A DNA stretch of 64,000 nucleotides from Camelus ferus. Lineage: Eukaryota. The notes under the pieces are model-generated. The model saw only the letters and a program-made list of their open reading frames with translations, was not told the origin of the DNA and did no database searches. Position numbers and translations under genes: made by a program. Shown piece by piece: positions 26,106 through 38,270 of this stretch (position 1 is the stretch's first letter; each line of letters opens with the position of its first letter). The stretch spans positions 83,330,001 through 83,394,000 of the forward strand of contig NC_045696.1 of assembly GCF_009834535.1 (NCBI RefSeq). The letters are read 5' to 3'.

Positions 26106-27489
26106 GTACAAAATGTTCCCTAAAAGGATCTCACAACAGCCTGTCGTCATATTTACACAAGCAAACGATCTCTGAGGAGTACCGGGGACACAGACAGCTC
26201 CCACTGAAACGGCAATAGACTATTTCACTTATGAGCAAACAAAAGACAAAGATGTAGACGGGGGTAGCTTACATTTAGCCTTTCATTTGTTCCAAGGGTG
26301 ATTTTTACTCAAAGCAAGGCTGGGCGGTGTGAGCACAGAGGCAATTTGGGGTGCTAATACCAGCTCAAGTGGTGGTCGGACTACATTTGCTCCTCAGTGC
26401 TGGGATTGCTGGGTGGTTAAATGAATTGATGACTGCAGATTGCTTTGAAAATGCACAAGGCTGAATAAATGCCACGAATTACTATTGTTCAATATACTCA
26501 GGAGACAAACTTGTCTCCCGACAGAAGGTCTCTGAAAGATGGACTATGTTTAAAGACATTTAGGAGCTTTCTTTTTCACAACAAAGATGAAATTTTTAGA
26601 TAGATTTATTCTGAAACCATCATAATGCCTAAGGATAATCTTTTTAAAATGCCATTATAACACAAGAAATCTGAAATTGCTCATAAATGCTACTTACAGG
26701 GAACCTGTAGGAAAAAAAAATGCATTAAACTAAAGCAGTTTTGCCATCTCACTTAAAAATAAATTATAAGAAAAAGAAAGCCTCCCAGGGGAATGGTAGC
26801 TGTGATAGCTGAGAGCAAATAAGCAGAAACAAATTAAAGCTACCTAACTTATATAAACATATAGAGAGGGTTCTTTTAAAAAGATGATGGAAGAAACTGC
26901 TAGAAGAAACTCACATTTGATAATGATCTGTCATTACTTTTCTTCAAATAGTTCTCAGCCATGTTTGTGAGTCTCTACCAACGTTTATAAAAGGTTACAT
27001 GGAAATGTGGTGAGTCATGTAACAATGGTAAAATATTGATAATATTTTGCCTTGTCATATTTTCTAGTTTACACAGTAAATTTAACTAATACAATACAGA
27101 AAGCACTGTGAAATGGATAGGACAGATATAACCTCTTTTTTAATTGTAATGTTTTACATTTTTAAACAAGCAATTGAGGTGAAGAGAGATTATATGACTA
27201 AAAAGGTTGGAATCCTAGAGCACTTAGTGTCAAAATCCAGGTAACAAGTTATCCTAGGCTGGTGATCTAAGGACAACATTATTCTTAAACACTGAGAAGA
27301 TCTCGTAAAAATTTTTATCCAAATAGCAGACAAAGTTTTATGACAAGCTTTAAAAGAAATAACAAAACAGAAAACTTCTGATATTATAACAGAACAAATT
27401 TTTATAGTATCTAACTTTTAAATTAAGAGAAATTGTTTTAAGAAAAAAATGTATTTACACAATAAAATAGAGAGGTAAAATGAATTAGA

Positions 27490-27700
27490 CAGCCTTTCCC
27501 AAACTGTGTTCCTTGGAACACTCATTCCTTAAGATGCCAGGAAGTGAATGGCATGAAGAATGTTTTACGGTAAAATATATTTGGGAAATGCTCCTTAGTA
27601 GGTCTCTTCTTTCTAACTCTCAACCTATATTAATACATAAAAAAAAAAACCTCTGAGACCATCTATGAACAAAAACCTATGGCCTCCAAAATTCACATAT
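27490..27700. mobile_element. hAT-Charlie element (MER103C-like)
   Basis: cagcctttcccaaactgtgttccttggaacact...tatttgggaaatgct. Confidence 0.55.
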
Positions 27701-29579
27701 TCTATGTCTGTGCTTCTTAAACTAGGAGACACATGTGATAGAAATATGCCAAACTACAAAATAAGTATGGCACATACCTCTGGGGTGACAAATTAAACAG
27801 TTATTTTAGTAAAAAAAAGAACATGTAAGACATAATTTTTCAATTAAAACAAACAAAAGGCTATTACTTCAAAGCACTTTTGCTTGCGAAAGGCTGCTGT
27901 GTCCTCCAGCCGGAAGTCACTTCCCTCTGGCATGCAGGTGACTTCCGTGGAAACTTTTGAGAAGGGACGGAATCTGAAATTGAAGATTTGGCATGTCTAG
28001 TACTGAAAACAAGTTATATACCTTCTTGGTTTTAGATTTATCAGTTAAAGGTAAAAAGGAAGAGAACATGCCTAAAGTAACACACTGTGTTAAAGAAAGC
28101 TTGTTTGCCCACTGTATCCTCTGCAGAAACCATCTATTTCACCATCACTGTGAATGCCAACTGTAGTCCTAGTTATCCAGATTCAAACAAGTCCAGGTAC
28201 AAATCTTTCCCATCTGTTTTAGGATAAACATTCAATTCTGACAACTCCTAACTAGCATAGAGCAGGCTGGAGATGAATTAGCAACCACACTGAAAAGAAG
28301 TTTCCATAATTCTTAAGAAAGTTGCTAGGTCATCTAAATACTTAGAGCCATGAACTCCTTTGTTCCTTGAACACACAATTTTGTATTCAAAATTAGAGGG
28401 AGTTGTAATTTGTGTGAAGGTGTCTTGCAAGTCTCCAATTTGAAAACTCTGAATCTGGGACTTTTCTGAACCAGTAATATGGAGAAGGAAAAGGAAATGC
28501 AATCATAATGCTGTACACTGAGGTTCAGAGACCTACACTCTGATTCCTGCTTTGCCTTAAATTAGCTGTCATTTAATTCATTCAGTTTCTCCAGCTGAAA
28601 TGTGACAGTATTTGTTGAGATGATCATACACTTCATTCCTGATGGCTGGCAACACACACACCCCGCCTCCCCCAAAACTAACGTCAGAATGGAAAGCACA
28701 GTAAAGAGGCTCATTACCTAAGATTTGGCTTTTTCCAAAATGTAACTCAAAATATACACTGATGTCTCACATATAGTAGGTATTCAACAATCAAACAGTA
28801 GTTGAACTGATACGGTAAAGAGGAACAAATATTTTTAAATAAAAGAGGCATCAAATCAAAAAGGCTAACGAAATGGTAGCTAGCAGGCATGAAAGAAGGA
28901 TAATAAAAGAAGCAATGTAAATAGAGATTAGAAACAAAATGAAGTGGGGCCTGCTAATTGCTGATAAGGAGACAGAAAGGACATTGAGAAACTGTGTGTG
29001 AATACGTGGCTTGAAATTTCACACACAAATAGAACCCTAAGGACTTCAGTCAGTCTAAAAGGGATCCTCTAACATTAATAGATACATAAATGTAAAAACT
29101 AAAAGGGGGAAGTAATTCTTCTTTTAAGAAACTTAAAAGATTCCATGAGAGGAGGAAGGCAAGAGATTTACTTTCCCATAGATTAAAATTTTATTACTGT
29201 TTGAATTTTTATCATATGTGTGGATTTTTTCCTCTTTAATTTTTTTCTTTCTTCTTTCTCTTTAGTTATTTTGAAAACATTTTATGATAAAACACAGTTT
29301 TTAAAAAGAAAAGTTTTTTAAACTATTATGGTCTCAATTGACTGGGTTCTTTAAACAAATACATTTATCTTAATAAACTTGGAAAATAGTTAATATAGGG
29401 GCAAAGTCTGGCATAAATGTGCTGAATTGAAACCATAATTCATTTCTTTTACAAAATAACTGGCACGATAGAATAGGATAGGAAAATTAATAACTTCAGG
29501 ATTTCAATACTATATTAATTCAAAGTCCAATGGATCAGTCTCTTCTTATGAAAGTTTAGGCCAACTTCTTGGGAGCTCA

Positions 29580-30025
29580 GGCAACTGCAAAATTAGAGGG
29601 CAGAGTCTCCAAATCTTCCTTCACTTCTGACACTCACTGTAAGTTTGGGGTATTCCCAATCTACCCTTAGGCTCAATAATTCTCTAGAGGGACTCACAGG
29701 GCTCCCTGAAGGCTGCTGCACTCACAGTTACAGTTTATTACAGGGAAGGATACAGATGAAAAGCATCCAAGAGACAAAACACACTGAGGGGAGTTCAGGG
29801 AAGTACCAAACATGGGGCTCCCTTGTCCTCTCTTCATGTTACTCCTGGCAACCGTGTGTGACAACACACAGTGTTGACAACAAAGGACGCTCACCCAAGC
29901 CTCAGTGTGCAGAGATTTTCTTGGGGCTCCATTATGTAGTATGATTGACTGGTCACATGGTTGATTTCTGTCTCCATGTTAACTGGTACCATGTGACTCA
30001 AAGCCCCCAAGCTAAATCACCTGTC
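29580..30025 (-). mobile_element. MER21-like ERVL LTR
   Basis: cttctgacactcactgtaagtttgggg...aataattctctagagggactcacag...cagtttattacagggaaggatacagatg matches the MER21 reverse complement; AATAAA on the minus strand. Confidence 0.75.
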
Positions 30026-31075
30026 ATTCTCACGTCACAGTTATGACCAAAAATTAAGTAACAAGTATGAAAGTATTTCATAATGTCATAATTGCACTAC
30101 AAACAAAAGTTAGTATCAGCTTTTTTCCTGTAGGTTGTCTTTTAAAAAATGACAAGTCCCACCAAAAAAAAAAAAAAAAAAAAAAAGGCACCATGCTATA
30201 ATATAATTCAATCATGATTTAAAACACATAAATTATTTTAATTCAATTATTAATGGTAAGTTGTCAATTTTACAATAAAACACTATGTTAAATATTAACA
30301 AATAACATATTAATAAAATGTATCATAATACAATAACATAAATTAATGAAAGCGATTTTTATATCAGCACAATACTGTCATCATACAAGAGAAAAATAGT
30401 GTTACTATATGGGACATAATAATTTCCGAGTCAATCATCTTTTTTCTTTAATACTCAACAAGAGGCTACTTTAGACTATATTAACTCTATTTATTAACAT
30501 TCTGTAGAAACTTCTAAGTTTTAGGAATTTAGGTTGATCTTACCTGAGAAGAGGTAATATAGAAAAAATAGAGAAAACAATGTTTTTACTATCTTCACCC
30601 ATGTTAAGAAATTTCAGTTTAAAAATTCAGCTGGGAAGAATAACAGGACAGCACATTACTTTGAACATATGACTAAAGGGAATACAAAACTGTTATAACT
30701 TAAAGTTTTCAAATCATGCATAAATTCCCCTGGTTAACAGCATTCTATCAGAGCTAGCAGCTTTGCACTGTCATTCATTCCCTTAACCTGCATAGAAATC
30801 CAGTAGAAGCCACAGGGATATAAAAGCTTACAGTAAAACTTCTAAATGGAGAAAAGCCGTAGGATAATCTAGAAATAAATGCATTGTGGAGTAGTAGAGT
30901 TATACGCATGTTTATTTGGGTAAGAAATGTAAAAGAAACATCAGTGACCTGGATCAAAGGACACTCGGTGGCTGGTAATGCCTCATTGCACCTTTAGATG
31001 CGTGGAGCCTGAAGTAGCATACACAAAGAGAAGGCTGTAGGGGTAGGGCTTTTTGACGTCTTTATCCAACTCATT

Positions 31076-31159
31076 GGTCCCGTTCAGGAAAGTAACACTG
31101 ATCCCGGTCCCGGTCATGAAGGTAATGCTGATCCCGGTCCCGGTCATGAAGGTAACACC
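31076..31159. repeat. 30-bp tandem repeat, about 2.8 copies
   Basis: Units ggtcccgttcaggaaagtaacactgatccc / ggtcccggtcatgaaggtaatgctgatccc / ggtcccggtcatgaaggtaacacc. Confidence 0.95.
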
Positions 31160-31184
31160 CACCCTTCCTTGTTCAAAAAATGAA

Positions 31185-31458
31185 TATAAGACCTGATCTC
31201 CCTCCTAGAATTTGAACCTTGAACTGAACAGCACAATGATCAAAGAATTTTCTTATTAATAACAATTATGTGGAACCTTAGGGCTGCCGTACGTCCAGCT
31301 GTTTCTAAGATTAGGTTTTCTATTGTTGCTTCAGTTTTCTGGCAACCCCCATAACCCTTCCATAGGTCACAGCAACAGCCTCACTGTCACGTAAGTAAGT
31401 TTTACTTAAGTTAGAGATGGTTTCGGATGCTTTTAATCAAAGAGGCCTGACTAAAACA
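31185..31458 (+). mobile_element. Old MaLR/ERVL LTR 3' part
   Basis: Ends ...ttaagttagagatggtttc...aatcaaagaggcctgactaaaaca, typical of old MLT1/LTR16-type termini. Confidence 0.5.
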
Positions 31459-31789
31459 GGTCCCCTATCCAAGAATGGTACTGACATCTTTGGCCAAGGA
31501 TCTGTCAAGCTGACCACGGCAAAGTTTTCATATACTTGATGTTCACCTCAGTTCTGTAAGAAATCCAAAAAGTGCATGAAGACATGGTTTTTACTCTCCA
31601 GTACGCTTTAAATATAGCCAGGGAGACAAAAATCACACATGGGAAATGATTATGGAACTAGAATAACCAAATTACTAAAAATTAAAATAAAAGAATCCAA
31701 ATTTCTATGCAGCAACAGTTTTGCAAAGGGAGAGGATAGAACAGAGCTGAATCTCAGGGACTTTCTAGAAGAAGGTCGAGATTGAGAAC

Positions 31790-32212
31790 TGTGAAAGGAA
31801 AATCAAAACAGAGTCGGGATCGCTAAGAAAGCTCTCAAACGGAGCCAGAAGGCCATTGAGGAAGTATTACGACTTATGCACCTCTCAGCCTGAATGGAAT
31901 CTGACCTCTTGACCTGATGAAGTCATCCAGAAAACCTGCCAGAAATTCAAGATACTTCTCGGACTCTTACCCTAAAGTAACTCATGATTCCTTAAGGACA
32001 AATATTTTCTGACTAGTGTCAGAGTTAATCACAATTCTCAATAGGCAACCTTTAACAAACTGATGGCTCTTTGTCTTTATAAGCCCCTCTTTCCCTTCCT
32101 CAGAACACTCTTTCAGGTTACCAGAATCTGTGTCTCCCGAATTGCAATTCTTAAAACCCCAAATAAACTATTTCCTTATTTGCAGCCTCTTGCATTGTAT
32201 TTTTGGTTGACA
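31790..32212 (+). mobile_element. ERV1-class solo LTR (MER89/90/110-like)
   Basis: tgtgaaaggaaaatcaaaacagagtc...tataag...ttgcaattcttaaaaccccaaataaac...ggttgaca. Flanks gaac/gcac. Confidence 0.75.
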
Positions 32213-32262
32213 GCACAAACTAGAATCTAAATAGATGGCCCCTGTTGTTAGGAGTATAAATA

Positions 32263-32673
32263 CAGTTGTCTCTCAGTATCTGCGGGGGATTGGTTCCAGT
32301 TCCCCTAGAGATGCCAAAATCTAAGGATGCTCAAGTCCCTCATATAAAATGGCGTGGTATCTGCATATAATCTATGCACATCCTCCATCTACTTTAAATC
32401 ACCTAAATTACTTATAATACCCAATACAAATGTAAATGCTATGTAAACAGTTGCCAGTGTGCCACAAATTCAAGTTTTGCTTTTTGGAATTGTCTGGAAT
32501 TTTTTTCTGTATATGTTTTAAAAATTTTTTTATTGAAGTGTAGTTTATTTACAGTGTTAGTTTCAGGTGTACAGAAAAGCGATTCAGTTACATGTACACA
32601 TATCCTGTATATTTTTGATTCATGGTTGATTGAATCCACAGATGCAGAAACTGTGGATCCAGAAGGCTGACTA
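32263..32673 (+). mobile_element. MER2 (TcMar-Tigger) element
   Basis: cagttgtctctcagtatctgcgggggattggttccag...gatccagaaggctgacta with TA at both flanks. Confidence 0.9.
32515..32604 (-). mobile_element. Very short L1 3' end inserted in MER2
   Basis: tttattgaagtgtagtttatttacagtgttagtttcaggtgtacag...gattcagtta. TSD ctgtatat at 32507-32514 / 32605-32612. Confidence 0.8.
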
Positions 32674-32849
32674 TAAATTAATTTCAATGAAGAAAAATAT
32701 CTAGTGCACACACTGAAAACAAGATACTAAAATCTGTACTGTCAAGAAATGGCTTTGGAGGATTGCAGTGAAGAGTCCAGTCTCTACTGAAAAAAATGTG
32801 CATTGGTAGTGCAGCGTTCGGGGTCCCTCAAAAAGGTCACATAAACAAT

Positions 32850-33040
32850 CCTACCTCTGCTCACCACAAGACACACATTGTTCAAAAGCTCTGCCCAGTC
32901 TTCAGAAAACAACAGAGACAGACCAACAGGGGTGAGAAGGTGGAAAAAGGGATCTATAAGAGAAGAGAGAAAGTGATGGGGCTGTTCAGTGTCAGGAAGA
33001 AAAGAGTTAGAGGAGATAATTCAACAGCTTAGAAAGGTAG
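32850..33040 (+). mobile_element. L3/CR1 LINE fragment
   Basis: tggggctgttcagtgtcaggaagaaaagagttagaggagata resembles the conserved CR1 ORF2 3' motif. Confidence 0.55.
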
Positions 33041-33408
33041 TATTTCAAGATGTCAGAAGTGACAGATTTGCCACTGATGCAAAATACAAAGTAAGAAACA
33101 ATGACAAATGACACACCAATGAACGTTGACGAACAACATGAAGTCTTGGTTTTTGAAAAGATGGTCAGGCCCTTGCTTTTGCAGAGAGGTTTTTTATTTG
33201 TTTGTTTTTAAGGGTTCCATCAGACATAAATTTCCACGGCTTTGGGAATTTATGTGCGGCTTGATTGAGGGATGAATCACTCCTTAGAGTATCTGTCCAC
33301 AAAGGTTAAGAACAGGACAGGAAATCAAGGGGACAGAGAACATTTTACTTACCACATTTCCTCTCAGGTTCAGCACTGTTTGTGGTTCAGAAGACATACA
33401 TTAATGAG

Positions 33409-33519
33409 GAGGGTGACTATATAATTTATCTTACAACTCACGATTCTTTTGAGTTATGGGGGGTTGTTAATAACTGTGTTAGAACAAGGCACAGACCACA
33501 GAGATATACAGTCACCTTA
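33409..33519. mobile_element. MER94-like hAT-Blackjack MITE
   Basis: TIRs agggtgactatataattt / gtcacctta. Confidence 0.75.
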
Positions 33520-34009
33520 GAGCAAGGCTCTGAGGGAGGGAGGGGGAGTTAGTTTCCCAGAAAGGATTCCTCCAAGAATAACAGTAGTTTGGGCACATAT
33601 TTGTTTAGCTAAATATTATGTAGGTCTGGGGCTGGAGTACATTGCTCAGGACAGTTTCCAGAGAGAAAAGGTTCATTCTCTGTAGCCCCTGCCCCTCAAC
33701 TCGCCCTGTCAAAATACACTGAACACATATTTCAAGAGGATTAATTTAACAGGGCATCACAAATTATTAATTTGAATTTACAGTATTCAACATAGATATT
33801 AAAAAGTAAGAAGAGATTCTTGGAAGGCAAGACACTGTCTTCTCCAAATTTCCCATCTGCACAACTAAGCGCTCCTTCTCTTCACAAATACTTCCCCTGG
33901 AAACCCTTCCCCAACCTTGTCCTCATGGAGATTTTATCTGAGTTGCCATGCCCTCACTTCATGATGGCTCTTAAATCCTGAAACTCCTGAAGAAAGCCCC
34001 TTATATATT

Positions 34010-34660
34010 TACAGCTGCACCAAGCAAGGCAGAGCCTCCTGGAACCTACATGATATTAACCAAAGGAAACATCTGCTCTGTATCTAGCTCAGCCAGCCAG
34101 TGAGCTGGGGGAGACACGCGGAGTCGGGGGCTGAATCGCCCAGTTTGATTACAGTTAGCTGCTGGCACCAGGTCATTTCCAAAACACAACTGGAGTCGTT
34201 CTTTCTATATTTAGCCAGAGACAAAGAGATTGTGTGTGGAGACATGTAATTTGCCCCTTAGCCAGAGACTTGAAAGGTCAGTGTGACAGCAAAAGAAAAC
34301 TCTGCAGAGGAGGTTTAAAACCACGCTCGCTCTAAAACAAGAAAGAGACCACCTTGCAGTAAGGGATCAAGAAATGATGAGATTTCACTTTTCTCATCTC
34401 TCCCCTGTGAAGAGGGAGGCAAATGAGTAGTAACGGGACGGCTCCAGATGACGGGGTGATGATCACCTGAGCGGTAAGCAAACAGACTTGCTTCTGAGCC
34501 AGAAGAAAATGCATGGCAAAGGGACATACTACCAGGAGCCTGCAATTTCACTAACTAACAGTCCTGTAGAAAATCCAAGTCAGGAATGGCAGAGGTCGGG
34601 TTGCTGGCTTGTGCCCTCCCTCGGTGACAGCTCCAGGCAATTTTACCATCCAGCTGTTCT
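34010..34660. promoter_or_regulatory. Candidate enhancer or alternative promoter with muscle-type motif cluster
   Basis: Repeat-free and relatively CpG-retaining. MEF2 CTATATTTAG 34205-34214; E-boxes at 34012, 34070, 34187, 34651; TGACAG at 34284 and 34625; AAAGGTCA at 34273; AGGAATG at 34582. Confidence 0.45.
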
Positions 34661-36555
34661 GTTTTTCAAAACTAAAGTAATTGGAATTGAACTACAGAGC
34701 TTTGCTAAAACCCTGGCAATTAACAGTGCGATTTCCCAAATTGCACTGTAATGGGAAAGTGTCCATCAATCAACCCAGTGAAATAACACATTTTCTCACC
34801 AGATGTGAGATTTAATATCTTCATAACTCTCTGGATTTACCACTTATGAATTGTCAGCCTTGCCTGGAGCTCTGAGAATTAATGGACTACATCCCTGCTA
34901 TGCAAGGATGGTTTACAGTTGCAAAATACCCCCACCTTCATTTTAGACATATTTACCAAAATGTTCTTCTTTAAGATGTAATCAGAAAACATGCTAGATG
35001 GGAAAATTTCTTTTCTATTTACTATGTTATATATTATCATTGTCTAGACACAGCTCCCAGAGCCTCAGCCCCGCACACTTGTGTAACAGGACTAACCAGT
35101 TTATCACCGGCGGTGAACAGTGAATCTCAGTGCCAAGACGCAGCAGCTTTAAGTTTAAACTTTAGGGTATCCTTTATGTTGTTTTGGATAGAGACTCAGA
35201 AATTCTAAGTTTCTAATTCTGTATGTCTCTACAGGTCCTGCTGTTCATCCTAGACTAAGACGAGAATTCAAAGAATCTACATATGTTCATCTTGTCACTA
35301 TGCTTATCAGGTACTTCAGTTCTCATGTTAGCTTTCCCTCCGATCTCAAACATCTGAGCCGTGGCCAGGATGAAGCTGCCTCCTGAAAGCAACTCAGGCA
35401 AATTCCTGTGATGCCAGAACCTCAGACTTCCCAGGATTGGAAAATTATTCTTGCTTCCACCCACAGGGGAAAGTATTGTTAACAGTGAAGGTCACTCCAC
35501 AGGCCTTACATGGACTGAATTCATTTAAGAAATCATTCTTCTACCACGTTGTTCCAGGGCCTGTGCAGTGATGCGTGAGGTGCCACGGGGGTACCGAGCA
35601 GGAGAGGCTGCGGGAGATTTGGCCATGAGGGCTGCGGCAGCAGATAGGGAAGGTTCCCCAGAGGAGACGGTGGCCCAGCTTTTCTTCCCATCACAAAGGA
35701 TGTATGTTGTCAGACATGGGGTCATTCACATGATGACAGTTATTTCAGGAAAAAAAAAAACTCACAGAAATTCTAGCATCCTAAGGAAACTCAGAGACCA
35801 TCGATTTCACTTCCTAATTTCACAGATACATAAAATGATTCACTGAAAACTGTCAATCATGCCACTGCATCAGCTGACACAACTCACTTGGCATATTGTG
35901 TTACCCTAAATAATCTGTCATTCATTCCCAACTCATAACATTTACTTCTCCTTGACCATATTAGTTGGCTTTAGAAGTTAACACACCGTTTCTGGCGAAA
36001 GGAAATGTTAGAGGACACGAAGAGATCATTTTGTCCAAATAATAAAATAATTCGGTATGTCTCTGTGTGTTATATTCTATCAGAGCTTAAAATCACAAAA
36101 CAGTAGTTATATATTAAGAAAGAGTTCAAAACCCATGAAAATAGACTGATGGAATGCAACTGAGATTGATAAAATCAATTCAAATGATTATAAGAATACC
36201 CAACAATAGAGAAATAAATTACTATTTAATAAAAAGTATTGGGCCAATGTGATATCAATGTAGAAAAAAATTACCTTAGAGTCATTCCTCATACCACACA
36301 GTGTATTAATTCCAGTTGTGTCAGAGTTTAACATTTTATAGAAAACTAGAGGAGGGGAAAGAAGGAAAAAAACAGTTCCTCTCCAGCTGTGGAGAAGAGA
36401 TAAATTTCTGATACTGAAAAAATGGAGTCTATTAGGAGCTCATCAGGGCAGGAAGGATTAACATCAATATGTAAAACTAAAGCATCTGAACCATAACATG
36501 TAAAAGAAGAAAACATGACACCATGCAATAAACAGATCTGATTAAAACACAGTGT

Positions 36556-36591
36556 CACACACACACACACAGAAACACACACACACACACA
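36556..36591. repeat. Interrupted (CA)n microsatellite
   Basis: cacacacacacacacagaaacacacacacacacaca. Confidence 0.95.
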
Positions 36592-36844
36592 TTTGTGTGT
36601 GTATGAAGAACTGATGTGTTATCTAAATCACTACCCAGATGGCCCCTCACAAACAGAGGTACACAAAATTTCACATGAATAATGAGAGAGAGGACCATCA
36701 TGAGGGAGGGAAATACAGCCTTACAAACAATTTAAAATAACTAAAATAACATTAAGGTATCACTGCACACCTACTGACATGGCAAATCAAATTAAAAAAT
36801 GATAAAGTTCAACGTGGGACTTCGGGGAATTAGAATGTATATTT

Positions 36845-37175
36845 CAAGGTCACCAACTGGAGGCCTGTCAACTGGCTGGATCAGACCAGCAACATTTTTT
36901 TCCTCACAGTTTTCAAAAAATACTTCAAATGTTTTGCCAAGGCTTAAAAGTTGGGAGATTCCATATAAAACCTGGATTTCCAGAGTCTCCATAAAAATGT
37001 AAGTTCTGTACCGACACTGGAACTGTCCTCTCACATGGCAACACCCAGGCAGAGCTGAGTGGGGGACGCTGTCCCTTCTAGATGGACCTGTGCCCTCCAG
37101 GCTGTTTCTGACCTCACCACCCTCAGTTGTCCAGCACCTGCTCAGTTGCACTCACTTATTTTACCAGTTTGGAAA
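36845..37175 (+). mobile_element. MER102-like hAT-Charlie element
   Basis: ttgggagattccatataaaacctggatttccag...cacatggcaacacccaggcagagctgagt. Confidence 0.8.
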
Positions 37176-38049
37176 ACTAAGAAAAGCTCACGTATTCAGA
37201 ATTTGAGTTTGGGATTTATGATGTATACGTGGTTGAAGTCATTAAAAAGCTGTTAGTTCTCTCTAAAAAGCCATCTGGAAATATTTAACAAGAGTGAAAA
37301 TCTATTAATATACTTTGATGTAATAATTCTACTGTGGGGACTTTATTTCAAAGAAACTATCATGTATCTCTTGACCCCCCCCAGCCCCCACCCCCCCCAG
37401 CCAAATGAGACAGCACACACTCACTCAAAATAGCAAAACACAAGGAAAAAAATCTAAATATCCCACAGTCTATGAATAGCAAGATAAACCAAAGAACAAA
37501 ACAGACTTCTGTGTAGTTATTGCAACTGAAAGTAGACTATGTGCCTAGTTTGTCAAGAATGTGAAAAAATGTTTAACAAGAAAAGTGATCACATCAAGTA
37601 ATGCCAACGACTTAAAGGTCTAGGGCTTTTACGGACAGATGAGAAGTGAACGAGGAATGAAGTAGATTGAGTGCAATACGTATCAAATATATTTTACAAT
37701 CACAAAAACCTCTAAAAGGAGATACCTGTGTAGTTCCTCAAATTCTTTAGAAGACTGATCCATACAACCAGAAAAGGTGGTTATGAACACTTGCTTCTTG
37801 AAGATCTCTAATTCAGAGTCCACACAGCTCCTTTTTCAGTTTGTTCCCTGTTTCCACACCCTGGAAATCAAGACCTTCCTCCCTGCATCCAATCAAACGC
37901 TCTCTCTTGAGTTTCTTGAAAGCGTACTTTCCCTTAAAATTTGAAAGGGTGGAACAACTGATCTACACTCATAAAATATTACTGATGTTTAAAACCAGTA
38001 GTCAAATTCTAATATTCTATGCTCCCCTAAGTCAGTGAGCCAGGGTGTG

Positions 38050-38270
38050 GAATCTTTAAATTCATAGGCCTTTGAACAAATCAGAACTGGGTTTAAATCC
38101 TACCTCCAAATCCAAGCCATTTAACCTTTCTGTTCTCAGCTATTTTGTCTGTTAACAAGGGGGATAATGATGTTGGTTGCACCAGGAATGCTGGGAGTGT
38201 GAGTGAGCTAATAAATATTAGTTTAGTGTCTAGTCAAGATAACAAGTTACAGCAGTATCTATTATCTTCA
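38050..38270 (+). mobile_element. MIR SINE
   Basis: ggcctttgaacaaatcagaactgggtttaaatcc...catttaacctttctgttctcagctattttgtctgttaacaagggggataat. Confidence 0.7.

Larger units (their letters stand above)
36040..37600 (+). mobile_element. Old L1M (L1ME-like) ORF2/3'UTR remnants, interrupted by a CA repeat and MER102
   Basis: aatagactgatggaa, ctcataccacaca, aggtatcactgcacacctactgacatggcaaa, tactttgatgtaataattctactgtgggga. Confidence 0.6.

Noticed and set aside
26501..26518. Palindrome GGAGACAA-AC-TTGTCTCC with a p53-type half site
   Set aside because: Only one half site; a short palindrome like this is plausible by chance in 64 kb.
27868..27973. 106-nt minus-strand coding exon
   Set aside because: Weak donor (GAA|GTAATA) and unrecognised peptides; better explained as a regulatory element.
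31076..31159. CRISPR-like 30-bp repeats
   Set aside because: Head-to-tail with no unique spacers, no cas genes, mammalian DNA.
33353..33375. 23-nt minus-strand microexon reading LNLRGNV (LRR-like)
   Set aside because: Good donor but poor pyrimidine tract, frame-shifting length and no partner exons.
34373..34470. Box C/D snoRNA (ATGATGA...CTGA)
   Set aside because: No terminal stem, the internal GTGATGA is too close to the D box, and no rRNA antisense element is recognisable.
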